DNA of 64,000 nt from Hyphomonadaceae bacterium (lineage in GTDB: Bacteria > Pseudomonadota > Alphaproteobacteria > Caulobacterales > Aquidulcibacteraceae): NCBI GenBank assembly GCA_033764855.1, contig JANRIP010000005.1, forward strand, positions 102,240-166,239, in the 5' to 3' direction. Positions 48,400 through 57,817 of the stretch are shown piece after piece. The notes under the pieces were generated by a model that did no database searches, was not told where the DNA came from, and saw only the letters and a list, made by a program, of their open reading frames with translations. Made by a program: the position numbers and the translations under genes. The stretch's first letter is position 1. Each line of letters starts with the position of its first letter.

Positions 48400-49722
48400 A
48401 TGCCTGATACCGCCCGCCCGAACTCACTCGACGCCTTCTGGATGCCGTTCACGCCGAACAGGGCGTTCAAGGCCGATCCGCGCATGGTCGTGCGCGCCGA
48501 AGGCATGCACTATTACACCGCCGACAATCGCGCGATCCTCGACGCTACGTCTGGCCTTTGGTGCGTGGCGTGCGGGCATGGGCGCAAGCCGATCGTGGAA
48601 GCGATTCAGCGCACGGCGGCGGAGCTTGATTATGCGCTGAGCTTCAATCTCGGCCATCCGCTGGCGTTCGAGTTCGCCAATCGCCTGGCCGGCATCTTGC
48701 CCGAGGGCGTCGACCGCATCGCCTTCACCAATTCGGGCTCGGAAAGCGTCGACACGGCGCTGAAGATCGCGCTGGCCTACCAAAAGGCGCGTGGCAAGCC
48801 TGGCAAGTTCCGGCTGATTGGGCGCGAACGCGGCTATCATGGCGTCAATTTTGGCGGCATTTCCGTGGGCGGCATTACCCGCAATCGGATGACGTTCGGA
48901 CCCATGGTCGCCGGCGTCGATCACCTGCCGCACACACTCGATATTGCGCGCAACGCCTTCTCACGCGGCCTGCCGGCGCATGGGGCGGAGCTTGCAGATG
49001 CGCTGGAACGGCTGGTGCAATTGCACGATGCTTCGACCATCGCCGCAGTGATCGTTGAGCCGGTTGCGGGCTCGACTGGCGTGATCATCCCGCCAAAGGG
49101 CTATCTTGAGCGCCTGCGCGAACTCTGCACCAAACACGACATTTTGCTGATCTTCGATGAGGTGATTACCGGCTTCGGGCGCCTCGGCGCGCCGTTCGCC
49201 TCCGATTGGTTCGGCATCAAGCCTGATATCATCACCATGGCCAAAGCCATCACCAATGCGGCAGTGCCGATGGGCGCTGTGGCCGCCTCGCGCGAGATTT
49301 ACGACACCATCCTCGCCAATAGTGAAACGCCGATCGAACTGTTCCACGGCTACACTTCGACCGCGCATCCGCTCGCCTGCGCCGCCGGCATCGCGACGCT
49401 GGACGTCATGCGCGACGAGAACCTGTTTCAGCGCGCCGCCGACCTCTCGCCCTATTGGGAAGACGCGCTGCACGCGCTGCGCGATGCGCGCCATGTGATC
49501 GATATCCGCAATTTAGGGCTCATTGGCGGCGTCGAACTTGAGCCGCGACCGGGCGCGGCGAGCAAACGCGCGCTCGAGGCTTTCAACGGCGCCTTCGATA
49601 AGGGCGTGCTGATCCGCGTGACCGGCGACATTATCGCCTTCTCGCCGCCATTGGTGATCGAAAAGGCGCAGATTGATCAGATCGTCAGCGTCGTGCGCGA
49701 CGTGCTCAGCAAGATCGACTAA
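48400..49722 (+). CDS. omega-amino acid:pyruvate aminotransferase (beta-alanine--pyruvate transaminase-like)
   Basis: Class III aminotransferase. N-terminus LDAFWMPFTPNR and motifs GLWCVACGHGR, IFDEVITGFGRLG, TMAKAITN. Confidence 0.9.
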   Translation: MPDTARPNSLDAFWMPFTPNRAFKADPRMVVRAEGMHYYTADNRAILDATSGLWCVACGHGRKPIVEAIQRTAAELDYALSFNLGHPLAFEFANRLAGILPEGVDRIAFTNSGSESVDTALKIALAYQKARGKPGKFRLIGRERGYHGVNFGGISVGGITRNRMTFGPMVAGVDHLPHTLDIARNAFSRGLPAHGAELADALERLVQLHDASTIAAVIVEPVAGSTGVIIPPKGYLERLRELCTKHDILLIFDEVITGFGRLGAPFASDWFGIKPDIITMAKAITNAAVPMGAVAASREIYDTILANSETPIELFHGYTSTAHPLACAAGIATLDVMRDENLFQRAADLSPYWEDALHALRDARHVIDIRNLGLIGGVELEPRPGAASKRALEAFNGAFDKGVLIRVTGDIIAFSPPLVIEKAQIDQIVSVVRDVLSKID

Positions 49723-51347
49723 GCCGCCGCGGCGCGCACAGGTCCGTGTTGGTTCGCAACCGGCACGCTCACGCTGAAGGTTGAGCCCTTGCCCAGCTGG
49801 CTGACAACCTTGATATCGCCGCCCATGGCGCGCGCCAATTTGAGCGAGATCGCCAAGTCCAGTCCGCTGGCGGTGTCGTCGATCACTTCGCTTGCGGCGT
49901 TGGCGGGCTTAAAGCGCTCAAACAATTGCGCTGTCTCCTGCAGCGTCATGCCGGCGCCGGTATCGGCGACGTTGAACACCAAGAAAGCGCCGTCAGCGCT
50001 TGGATGAGCGGAGAGGCTGACCCTGCCGCGCTGTGTGGATTTGGCCGCGTGGCTCACCAGATTCAGCAGGCACTGACGCAAGCGCGCATGATCGGCTAGA
50101 ACGAGATTATCGCTTGGACTGACCACGAGTTTATTGCCTTGCGCATCGGTGATGGGCTCGGCAATTTCAGCCACCTCAGCCAGCAATTCGCCCGCATGAA
50201 CGGGCTCGATCTGCATGGAGAGTCGCCCCGCATCGAGGCGCGATTGATCGAGAATGTCGCTCACCAGTCGGCTCAGTTGCCGCCCCGCCGCCGTGATGCG
50301 CGCAGAATCTTCTCGGAGCGCGGCGCCCTTCGGCCCAAGCGCGGCGCACTCCTCCTCAATCAGCTCCGCATAACCGATAATGGTGTTGATCGGCGAACGC
50401 AGCTCGTGGCTCATGGTAGCGATAAAATCTGATTTGAGGCGGCTTGCTTCAACCAAACTCTCCGCCCGCACAAGACTGGCGACCTGCCGCTCGACCTGCT
50501 TTCGCGCGATCAGCACAGTCAAGAACCCGCCAAGCGCAAGGGCCGCCAAGACCAGCCAAAAACGATACTTCAACCCAGCCAATCCTGGGTGCGGATGCGG
50601 CCAACTCAATCGGCCGACTTCTGCGCCATCGGCCCCAATGACGCCAATGGACACGGCGTCGGGCGCGGCGTCGGGGCCAAAGCTGAGAGTCCGCAGATTG
50701 AGGTCGTGGCCCATCGTCTCGATGCGAGATGGATCGAGGAATTGGACCGCAGCGAGGTAATACAAATCTTCGCGACCGGCCAGAGCGCGCCGCGCGGCAT
50801 CGTTTTCCGGAGTAATTGGCGTGACGCCGATAATCGCCAAATTATCGCCGACGGCGGCATAAGTGTGCGCGACGCCTAGCGCCGGGTCTTCGGTTCCAGC
50901 CAGGGTGCTCAAATTCGGCGCGCGAGAGGCCGCGTCAACGAGTTGCATCGTTACGTTGGCGGGCGCGTTCTCGTTAAACCAGACAAAGCGCGGCGACTCT
51001 CCTGGGCGGAACACAATGAGCGCATCCGCCACGGAAGAATAGAACATGCCCTTTAGCCAGGACGCACTGAACTGCACGCTAGTATTCGCGTAGGCGTCGT
51101 CCCAGTTGGCGTAATCGAGGGCCAAAGCGTCAAGCGCGCGCATGCGCCCATCTAGGGCGCCCTGCACCAGGTGGCGCGTGCCATCGGCAAAGTCCCGATC
51201 TTGCTGCCGCGCGAAACCCACCAGCATGAGCAGGGCCAACACGCCGATCAGCAGCACAAGGCCAATGATCGGCGCGCCGGCGCTCAGCCAGGCGTGTCGT
51301 GCAGAATCAATGCGGGGAGTAATTCGCGGACGCATTTGAGGTTGCAC
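49719..51347 (-). CDS. sensor histidine kinase
   Basis: Two TM segments flank a periplasmic sensor domain (tentatively CHASE4-like). H-box MSHELRSPIN and a C-terminal HATPase domain. No response regulator gene adjacent. Confidence 0.85.
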   Translation of the reverse strand: MQPQMRPRITPRIDSARHAWLSAGAPIIGLVLLIGVLALLMLVGFARQQDRDFADGTRHLVQGALDGRMRALDALALDYANWDDAYANTSVQFSASWLKGMFYSSVADALIVFRPGESPRFVWFNENAPANVTMQLVDAASRAPNLSTLAGTEDPALGVAHTYAAVGDNLAIIGVTPITPENDAARRALAGREDLYYLAAVQFLDPSRIETMGHDLNLRTLSFGPDAAPDAVSIGVIGADGAEVGRLSWPHPHPGLAGLKYRFWLVLAALALGGFLTVLIARKQVERQVASLVRAESLVEASRLKSDFIATMSHELRSPINTIIGYAELIEEECAALGPKGAALREDSARITAAGRQLSRLVSDILDQSRLDAGRLSMQIEPVHAGELLAEVAEIAEPITDAQGNKLVVSPSDNLVLADHARLRQCLLNLVSHAAKSTQRGRVSLSAHPSADGAFLVFNVADTGAGMTLQETAQLFERFKPANAASEVIDDTASGLDLAISLKLARAMGGDIKVVSQLGKGSTFSVSVPVANQHGPVRAAAA

Positions 51348-51433
51348 GAACCTTAATGCTTCCGCGTTGCGGAACCGTTAGTGACGCGGCGCAAAACCCA
51401 CGTAAAGCAGCACAATCATGCTTTCTGAAGCGT

Positions 51434-53290
51434 TTAATTTTGCTCCAGAACCTCACTCGCCTCAAGCCACGCCGCTTCCGCTTTCGCCAAAGCGGTTGCC
51501 GCATGTTTACGTTCCTTAAGCAAGCTTTCGCCGCGCGCATGATCGCGCGTGAAGAGGTCGGGATCGGCAAGCGCCGCGTCGATGCGCGCCAGCGCGGCTT
51601 GCGCCTGCTCCATTTCGGTTTCAGCAGTCTCAAGCTTGCGCTGCAGCGTGTATTTGGAGTGCTTCGGCTTGGGCTCCGCGCGGCCAATCACAGCGGCGGC
51701 CTGCTTCTCGCCTTCTTCGCGCGGCCGGTCGGCGGCGGCGACAAGTTTTCGGTAATCTTCAAGATCGCCCTCATACTGGCGGGCGCGACCGTGATAGACG
51801 AGCCAAAGCCGGTCAGCGCAGGCCTCGGCCAGGTAGATGTCGTGCGTGATGAGCAGCACCGCGCCTTCATACTCGTTAATCGCGTGAATGAGCGCTTCGC
51901 GGCTATCAATGTCCAAGTGCGAAGTCGGTTCGTCGAGAATAAGCACATGCGGCATTGAGTGCGCCATCAAGCCGAGCAGCAGGCGCACTTTCTCGCCGCC
52001 GCTGAGGCTTTCAACCTTGGTGTCGATCTTATCGACGCCAAAGCCGATGCGGGCGGCGAGCGCGCGCAGTTTGGGCGGCGCCCAGTCAGGCTCGAGATCG
52101 CGAATATGTTCGAGCACGGTTTCACCCGCACGCAATTCGTCCAGCTGATCCTGGCTGAAATAGCCCATCACGGCTTTGCCCGAAGCGACGCGCTTGCCCG
52201 ATAGCAGCGGCAAACGCGCAGCGATGGACTTTACCAGCGTGGTCTTGCCCTGCCCGTTCGGGCCGATGATGACGATGCGGTCGTCATGATCGAGGCGCAG
52301 CGAGACGCGCTTCAAAACCGGCTTGCCTTCGACATAGCCGAGATCGCACTCGTCCATCACCACGAGCGGCGAGGCCAATGGCGCGGGGTCCTCGAAATGG
52401 AACGGCACGGTGCGCTCTTCGAGCGGCACGGCGATGTCCTGCATCTTCTCCAGTTGTTTGATGCGGCTCTGCGCCTGAGCGGCCTTCGAAGCCTTGGCGC
52501 GGAAGCGATCGATGAATTTCTGCAGATGCGCTTTTTGCGCATCCTGCTTGGCCTTCATCCCCTGCGCCAGCGCCATGCGCTCGGCCTTCTTTTTCAAGTA
52601 GGCGTCGTAGCCGCCGACGAAGATTTCGAGCTTCTTATCGTCTAGCGCCAGCACGTGCGTCACCGAACGGTTCAGCATTTCGCGGTCGTGACTGACGCAC
52701 ACGACCGTGTGCGGATAGTCGCGCAAATATTCTTCGAGCCAGGCCGCGCCTTCGAGATCGAGATAATTGGTCGGCTCGTCCAGGATCAGCAGATCAGGGG
52801 CCGAGAACAGCACGCCCGCGAGCGCGGCGCGCATGCGCCAGCCGCCGGAAAATTCACGCGCGGCGCGGCGCAGATCGGACTGCTCGAAGCCAAGACCGAT
52901 CATAATGGCGCTGGCGCGCGCTTCCGCAGAGTAACCGTCAATCTCCGCGAGGCGCACATGGATCTCGCCGATCCGGTCCGGGTCGGTTGCGGTTTCCGCT
53001 TCGGCAAGCAGGCCCGACAATTCCGCATCGGCGCCGATCACCAGATCGAGCAGCGGCGTATCCACCTGCGGCGCTTCCTGCGCGACGAAGCCCATGCGCG
53101 CGCCGCGCCTTACGCGAATGGCGCTATTGGGTTTGCCGGCCTCTTCGCCGATAAGGCGAAGCAATGTGGATTTGCCCGTTCCGTTCCTGCCTACGAGACC
53201 GACCTTCCAGCCCTCCGCAATGAAGGCATTTGCCTGCTCAAACAGCACGCGTCCGCCAATGCGGTAGGTAAGGTCGACAATTTCGAGCAT
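51434..53290 (-). CDS. ABC-F family ATPase (translation-associated, YheS/Uup-like)
   Basis: Two ABC cassettes (GRNGTGKST, GPNGQGKTT), no TM domain, charged linker and C-terminal coiled coil. Confidence 0.92.
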   Translation of the reverse strand: MLEIVDLTYRIGGRVLFEQANAFIAEGWKVGLVGRNGTGKSTLLRLIGEEAGKPNSAIRVRRGARMGFVAQEAPQVDTPLLDLVIGADAELSGLLAEAETATDPDRIGEIHVRLAEIDGYSAEARASAIMIGLGFEQSDLRRAAREFSGGWRMRAALAGVLFSAPDLLILDEPTNYLDLEGAAWLEEYLRDYPHTVVCVSHDREMLNRSVTHVLALDDKKLEIFVGGYDAYLKKKAERMALAQGMKAKQDAQKAHLQKFIDRFRAKASKAAQAQSRIKQLEKMQDIAVPLEERTVPFHFEDPAPLASPLVVMDECDLGYVEGKPVLKRVSLRLDHDDRIVIIGPNGQGKTTLVKSIAARLPLLSGKRVASGKAVMGYFSQDQLDELRAGETVLEHIRDLEPDWAPPKLRALAARIGFGVDKIDTKVESLSGGEKVRLLLGLMAHSMPHVLILDEPTSHLDIDSREALIHAINEYEGAVLLITHDIYLAEACADRLWLVYHGRARQYEGDLEDYRKLVAAADRPREEGEKQAAAVIGRAEPKPKHSKYTLQRKLETAETEMEQAQAALARIDAALADPDLFTRDHARGESLLKERKHAATALAKAEAAWLEASEVLEQN

Positions 53291-53339
53291 GGCCGGCGCT
53301 GATAGCAGATCATGCGGAACTTAGACGAGCCCCTATAGG

Positions 53340-53757
53340 TCAAGCGTCGCCATGTTCGATTCCCTTTGCCAACCGATTGACGGCGAGCCGGCTGGGATCG
53401 CCAAGCACGAAGTGTCGGAAGACGGCGTTCACTGGAGGCCCTTCGATCCGCAGCAGGATCGCAACCGCGTGCTCCACTCCCGCATCGAGTTCGCATGCGA
53501 GGATTGAACACGCTCGGCCCGCGGGCCAGGCAGGCCTAACGCGCCCGCCCCGGCGCTGGGGCGGCAAGTTCGCCCCGGCGTGCGAGCTTATGAACGAGGC
53601 GCGGCCACTCCGCCGCAAATTCAGCTGCGGCATAATGCTGATTGGGAGCCAGCGTGGATAAGAGCGCTGCAATGCGCTGGCGTTCCTTGGATGGGTCTAT
53701 CGTCGTTTCACGGCGCGTGGCGATGCGGTCTGCGGGTGGGAAAAGCATGGTCGTCAT
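53340..53757 (-). pseudogene. possible frameshifted hypothetical gene (two overlapping same-strand ORFs)
   Basis: ORFs 53536..53757 and 53340..53672 overlap by 137 nt in different frames. Both have coding-like third-position bias outside the overlap. No family recognised. Confidence 0.25.
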
Positions 53758-54086
53758 CCTGTGATCGGGGCGCGCGCGGCGCTGGCGTATTGGAGCGGCG
53801 TCAGTTCGAAATTGCGCGACAACACCGGCGCATCGCCCGGATCCCGCCTTTTGCAGCCCGCCCGTCCACGCTGCGCATATCCGGCCTCCAAAACCTAGTT
53901 ACTCGACCGATTTGATGTAGTATAAGGGTGATCAAGCCGCCGTCAAGGCTGCTCCGAAGTTGGACGGGTTTTTGCGCGATTTGCCGTCCGCGAAGGGCGG
54001 TCTTGACGGCGGCGAAGCGCCAAGCCCGCGCCAAACAAAGCAACGGCGTTGAAGCCGAGGCGCTTTCTCGGACTTTAGGGAGAAAC

Positions 54087-54162
<76 letters not shown>

Positions 54163-54295
54163 TTTCCAGAGGCGCGGGATATAGAGCCCAGCTGAACACA
54201 ACGTCAACTGAGCCTGTGGCGCGGGCCGCGGGTTTCAACTGCTGACCAAGAGCGAGGGTTGAAACCACGTTCCGAGATTGGCCGTATCCTTCAGC

Positions 54296-54778
54296 ATGTC
54301 CCTCAAACTCACCCGCCGCACCGCCCTGCTCGGGGCCGCCATCTTGCTTACGCCCGCCATAGCGCTGGCGCAGGATCGCTATGCTCGCGACCCGATCCGC
54401 AATCTGACGGACGCGCAATGGCGGGCGCGGCTCTCGCCGAGCGCTTATTCCGTGTTGCGCCACGAGGCGACCGAGCGGCCCTTCACCAGCCCTTTGAATG
54501 ATGAACACCGCAATGGCGTATTCGCCTGCGCCGGCTGCGGACTGCCTTTGTTTAATTCGCAATGGAAGTTCGATTCCGGCACGGGCTGGCCGAGTTTCTT
54601 CCGCGCCATCGATCAGAATATCGGCCGCCGCACCGATCGCTCGCTCGGCATGGTGCGCACGGAGTATCACTGCGCGCGCTGCCGCGGGCATCAGGGGCAT
54701 GTGTTCAGAGACGGGCCGCCGCCAACCGGGCTGCGCTATTGCAATAATGGCGTCGCACTCACCTTCACCCCGGCATGA
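54296..54778 (+). CDS. msrB: peptide-methionine (R)-S-oxide reductase, exported
   Basis: Tat-type signal MSLKLTRRTALLGAAIL. Zn-binding CAGC...CARC and catalytic RYCNNG. ATG 54296 preferred over TTG 54278. Confidence 0.9.
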   Translation: MSLKLTRRTALLGAAILLTPAIALAQDRYARDPIRNLTDAQWRARLSPSAYSVLRHEATERPFTSPLNDEHRNGVFACAGCGLPLFNSQWKFDSGTGWPSFFRAIDQNIGRRTDRSLGMVRTEYHCARCRGHQGHVFRDGPPPTGLRYCNNGVALTFTPA

Positions 54779-55464
54779 GGATCGAAATGAAAGTGTCCAC
54801 TCTGAAAGCGCTGGCCTGCGCCATGGCGATCGCCGCGTGCGCGCCGCCGGCGCTTTCCGAAGAGCCGGCGCGGCTGATGCCAGCGCCGCGCGCCGATGTG
54901 GCCGCGCAAGGCGCCGCGAGCCAGACCGCTGTGCTCGCCGGCGGCTGCTTCTGGGGTTTAGAAGGCGTGTTCGAGCATGTGCGCGGGGTTGAGCGCGTGC
55001 GCTCCGGCTATGCCGGCGGCGATGCGCGCCGCGCCAATTATAGCGATGTCACCACCGGCACGACCGGCCATGCGGAATCGGTGGAAATTGTGTTCGATCC
55101 GCGCGTGATCAGCTATGGCGAAATCCTGCGCATTTATTTTTCCGTCGCCACCGACCCGACCCAGCTTAACCGCCAAGGCCCGGATGTCGGCACGCACTAT
55201 CGCGGCGCGATCTTCTATGCCAATGCGGAGCAAGAGCGCGTGGCGCGCGCTTACGTGGCGCAGCTGACGGCGGCGCGCGCGTTCTCAAATCCGATCGTCA
55301 CCCGCATCGATCCGCTGACGCGGTTCTTCCCAGCGGAAGACTATCACCAGGACTATCTCTGGTCGCACACGCGCCAACCTTACATCGTCATCAATGATCT
55401 GCCGAAGATCGAAAATCTGCGGCGGTTGTTTCCTGATCGCTACTCCGCGCAGCGTTCGGGCTGA
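54775..55464 (+). CDS. msrA: peptide-methionine (S)-S-oxide reductase, exported
   Basis: N-terminal signal sequence (KVSTLKALACAMAIAAC). Catalytic GGCFWG motif. ATGA overlap with msrB. Confidence 0.9.
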   Translation: MRIEMKVSTLKALACAMAIAACAPPALSEEPARLMPAPRADVAAQGAASQTAVLAGGCFWGLEGVFEHVRGVERVRSGYAGGDARRANYSDVTTGTTGHAESVEIVFDPRVISYGEILRIYFSVATDPTQLNRQGPDVGTHYRGAIFYANAEQERVARAYVAQLTAARAFSNPIVTRIDPLTRFFPAEDYHQDYLWSHTRQPYIVINDLPKIENLRRLFPDRYSAQRSG

Positions 55465-55466
55465 GC

Positions 55467-57161
55467 ATGACGCTCCCGCTCATCGCGTATCTGGCTGGCG
55501 TGCTGACCATACTCAGCCCGTGCATCTTGCCCGTGCTGCCCTTCGTGTTCGCGCGCGCCGACCGGCCTTTCGTCACCAGCACCCTGCCTATGCTGATCGG
55601 CATGGCGATTACGTTCGCGGGCGTCGCTACTTTGGCGGCGATTGGCGGCGCATGGGTGGTGCACGCCAACCAGGCTGGGCGATTCTTAGCTCTGGCGCTG
55701 CTCATCGTATTTGGCTTGGCGCTGCTGTTTCCCGCCTTTGCGGAACGTGCGACAGCGCCGCTGGTGGCGCTGGGCAATCGGCTCAACAATAAAGCCAACG
55801 CGCAAAGCGCGAGTGTCGGCGCATCCTTGCTGCTTGGCGTCGCCACTGGATTATTGTGGGCGCCTTGCGCGGGACCGATCCTGGGTTTGTTGCTGACGAC
55901 AGCTGCGATTCAGGGCGCCAATGTGCAAACCAGCCTGCTGTTGCTCGCTTATGCGCTCGGCGCGGCGACCTCACTTGCGGTCGCGCTGTTCGCCGGCGGG
56001 CGCGTTTTTGCGGCGCTGAAGCGAAGTCTCGGCGCGGGCGAATGGATCAGGCGCGGCCTCGGCGCAGCCGTTTTGGCTGGCGCAGCCGCAATCGCCTTGG
56101 GTTTGGACACGGGTTTGCTGGCGCGCCTGTCCGCAAGCAGCACCGAACGGATCGAGCGCGCCCTGCTCGATATGGGCGGGCATGAGCCCGACGCACGCAT
56201 GAGCGCGGACGGACAGCCTGCACCCTCTTTAGAAGGCGGCGTGGCGTGGCTGAACTCACCGCCGCTGACGATGGAGCAATTGCGCGGCAAGGTCGTGCTG
56301 ATCGATTTCTGGACTTATTCCTGCATCAACTGTTTGCGCGCTTTGCCTTATGTCGAAGCCTGGGCGGACAAGTATCGAGAACATGGGCTGGTGGTGATTG
56401 GCGTGCACGCGCCAGAATTCGCGTTCGAGCGCGACGAAGGCAATGTGCGCCGCGCGATGGCAAATCTTGGAGTGGATTATCCGGTCGTGCTCGACAACCA
56501 GTTCGCGATCTGGCGCGCTTACAATAATCGCTACTGGCCAGCGCACTATTTCATCGATGCAAGTGGCGTGATCCGCCACCATCGTTTCGGCGAAGGCCAG
56601 TACGATAATTCCGAGCGCGTCATTCAAGAGCTGCTGCGCGAGGCTGGCTATGATCCGCCCGGCGGGCTGGTCGATCCCAATGCGCAGGGCGCATCGGCGC
56701 CAGCTTCCGCCGAGCCGCCGCAATCGCCGGAGACTTATATTGGCTATAGACGGCGTGAGAATTTCGTCTCCGCTGAACAGCGGACAGACGCGGTCTATAC
56801 TTACGAAACGCCAACGACGCTGCAGCTCAATCAATGGGGCTTGGTTGGCGAGTGGAAAGTCATGCGCCAGTCTGCCGAGCTTTCAACGGCGGGCGGCGCG
56901 ATCCGCTTTCGGTTCAATGCGCGCGATCTGCATTTGGTGCTGGCGCCCGGCGCAGACGGCGCGCCAGTGCGCTTCCGCATCACCATTGATGGGCGTGCGC
57001 CAGGCGCTGCAGCGGGCATGGATGTGAACGCGGCAGGCGAAGGGGTGGTGCGGGAGGAGCGGCTCTACCAGCTGATCCGCGGCGGGGGCGACGGCGAGCG
57101 CAGCTTCGAAATCGAGTTCCTGGACCCCGGCGTGCGCGCTTTCGCCTTCACCTTCGGGTAA
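55467..57161 (+). CDS. dipZ: cytochrome c biogenesis protein DipZ (CcdA/DsbD membrane domain fused to thioredoxin-like domain)
   Basis: CcdA-type TM domain (SPCILPVLP, WAPCAGPIL), periplasmic TlpA-like domain with WTYSCINCLR, extra C-terminal beta-rich domain. Confidence 0.85.
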   Translation: MTLPLIAYLAGVLTILSPCILPVLPFVFARADRPFVTSTLPMLIGMAITFAGVATLAAIGGAWVVHANQAGRFLALALLIVFGLALLFPAFAERATAPLVALGNRLNNKANAQSASVGASLLLGVATGLLWAPCAGPILGLLLTTAAIQGANVQTSLLLLAYALGAATSLAVALFAGGRVFAALKRSLGAGEWIRRGLGAAVLAGAAAIALGLDTGLLARLSASSTERIERALLDMGGHEPDARMSADGQPAPSLEGGVAWLNSPPLTMEQLRGKVVLIDFWTYSCINCLRALPYVEAWADKYREHGLVVIGVHAPEFAFERDEGNVRRAMANLGVDYPVVLDNQFAIWRAYNNRYWPAHYFIDASGVIRHHRFGEGQYDNSERVIQELLREAGYDPPGGLVDPNAQGASAPASAEPPQSPETYIGYRRRENFVSAEQRTDAVYTYETPTTLQLNQWGLVGEWKVMRQSAELSTAGGAIRFRFNARDLHLVLAPGADGAPVRFRITIDGRAPGAAAGMDVNAAGEGVVREERLYQLIRGGGDGERSFEIEFLDPGVRAFAFTFG

Positions 57162-57227
57162 GCGCCGATCTGGACGAATCCGTCCAAACCAGACTAGACG
57201 GGAGCCCTTCGCAACCGCCGGACGCCC

Positions 57228-57533
57228 ATGATCCCCGCCATTATCAATCTGGTCGACGCCGTTCTGGCGCTCATCATCGTGGTGCTGATCATCCACGTCG
57301 TGCTGTCCTGGCTATTTGCTTTCGATATTGTCAGCCGGCGCAATCAGTTTGTCGGCGCGGTGTTCGAGTTCACCACCCGCTTGACCGACCCACTGCTGAA
57401 GCCGCTGCGCCGGATCATTCCGCCGATCGCTGGTGTCGATCTTTCTGTGCTGGTGCTGCTGCTCTTGATCCAGTTCTTGCGTGAATTGCTGCCCTGGCTT
57501 GGCGGCTTGCTGATTGGCAGCCCGCTCTATTGA
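57228..57533 (+). CDS. YggT family membrane protein
   Basis: 101 aa, two TM helices. Motif P.L.PLRRIIPPI.G.DLS typical of YggT. Confidence 0.8.
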   Translation: MIPAIINLVDAVLALIIVVLIIHVVLSWLFAFDIVSRRNQFVGAVFEFTTRLTDPLLKPLRRIIPPIAGVDLSVLVLLLLIQFLRELLPWLGGLLIGSPLY

Positions 57534-57811
57534 GCCGGCTGCGGGTCCGGCTAACACCTTCGGGCGGCGCCGACCGCATTGACGGCGCAGGCGCGGACGA
57601 GAAAGGCCCCTATCTCAAAGCGCGCGTGCGCGCCGCGCCGGAAAAGGGTCTCGCCAATGCCGCGCTGGAGACGTTGATCGCCAAAGCGCTTGGCGTGGCG
57701 AAATCGAATGTCAGCGTTGCGCGCGGGACCACATCGCGCATGAAGAGTGTTGAGATAGAAGGCGTCAGCGACGCGGAGGTGTCCGCACTTCTTAGCAAGC
57801 ACAGCACTTAA
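57530..57811 (+). CDS. DUF167 (YggU-like) protein
   Basis: 93 aa, overlaps the yggT stop. The yggT-yggU pairing is conserved in many bacteria. TTG start. Confidence 0.75.
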   Translation: MSRLRVRLTPSGGADRIDGAGADEKGPYLKARVRAAPEKGLANAALETLIAKALGVAKSNVSVARGTTSRMKSVEIEGVSDAEVSALLSKHST

Positions 57812-57817
57812 ACCTCC

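Noticed and set aside
53758-54086. Possible integrated element or att site next to tRNA-Ala
   Set aside because: I looked for an integrase gene and a direct repeat of the tRNA 3' end (ggatcgaac-type string) in the flank and found neither. It is kept only as a low-interest note.
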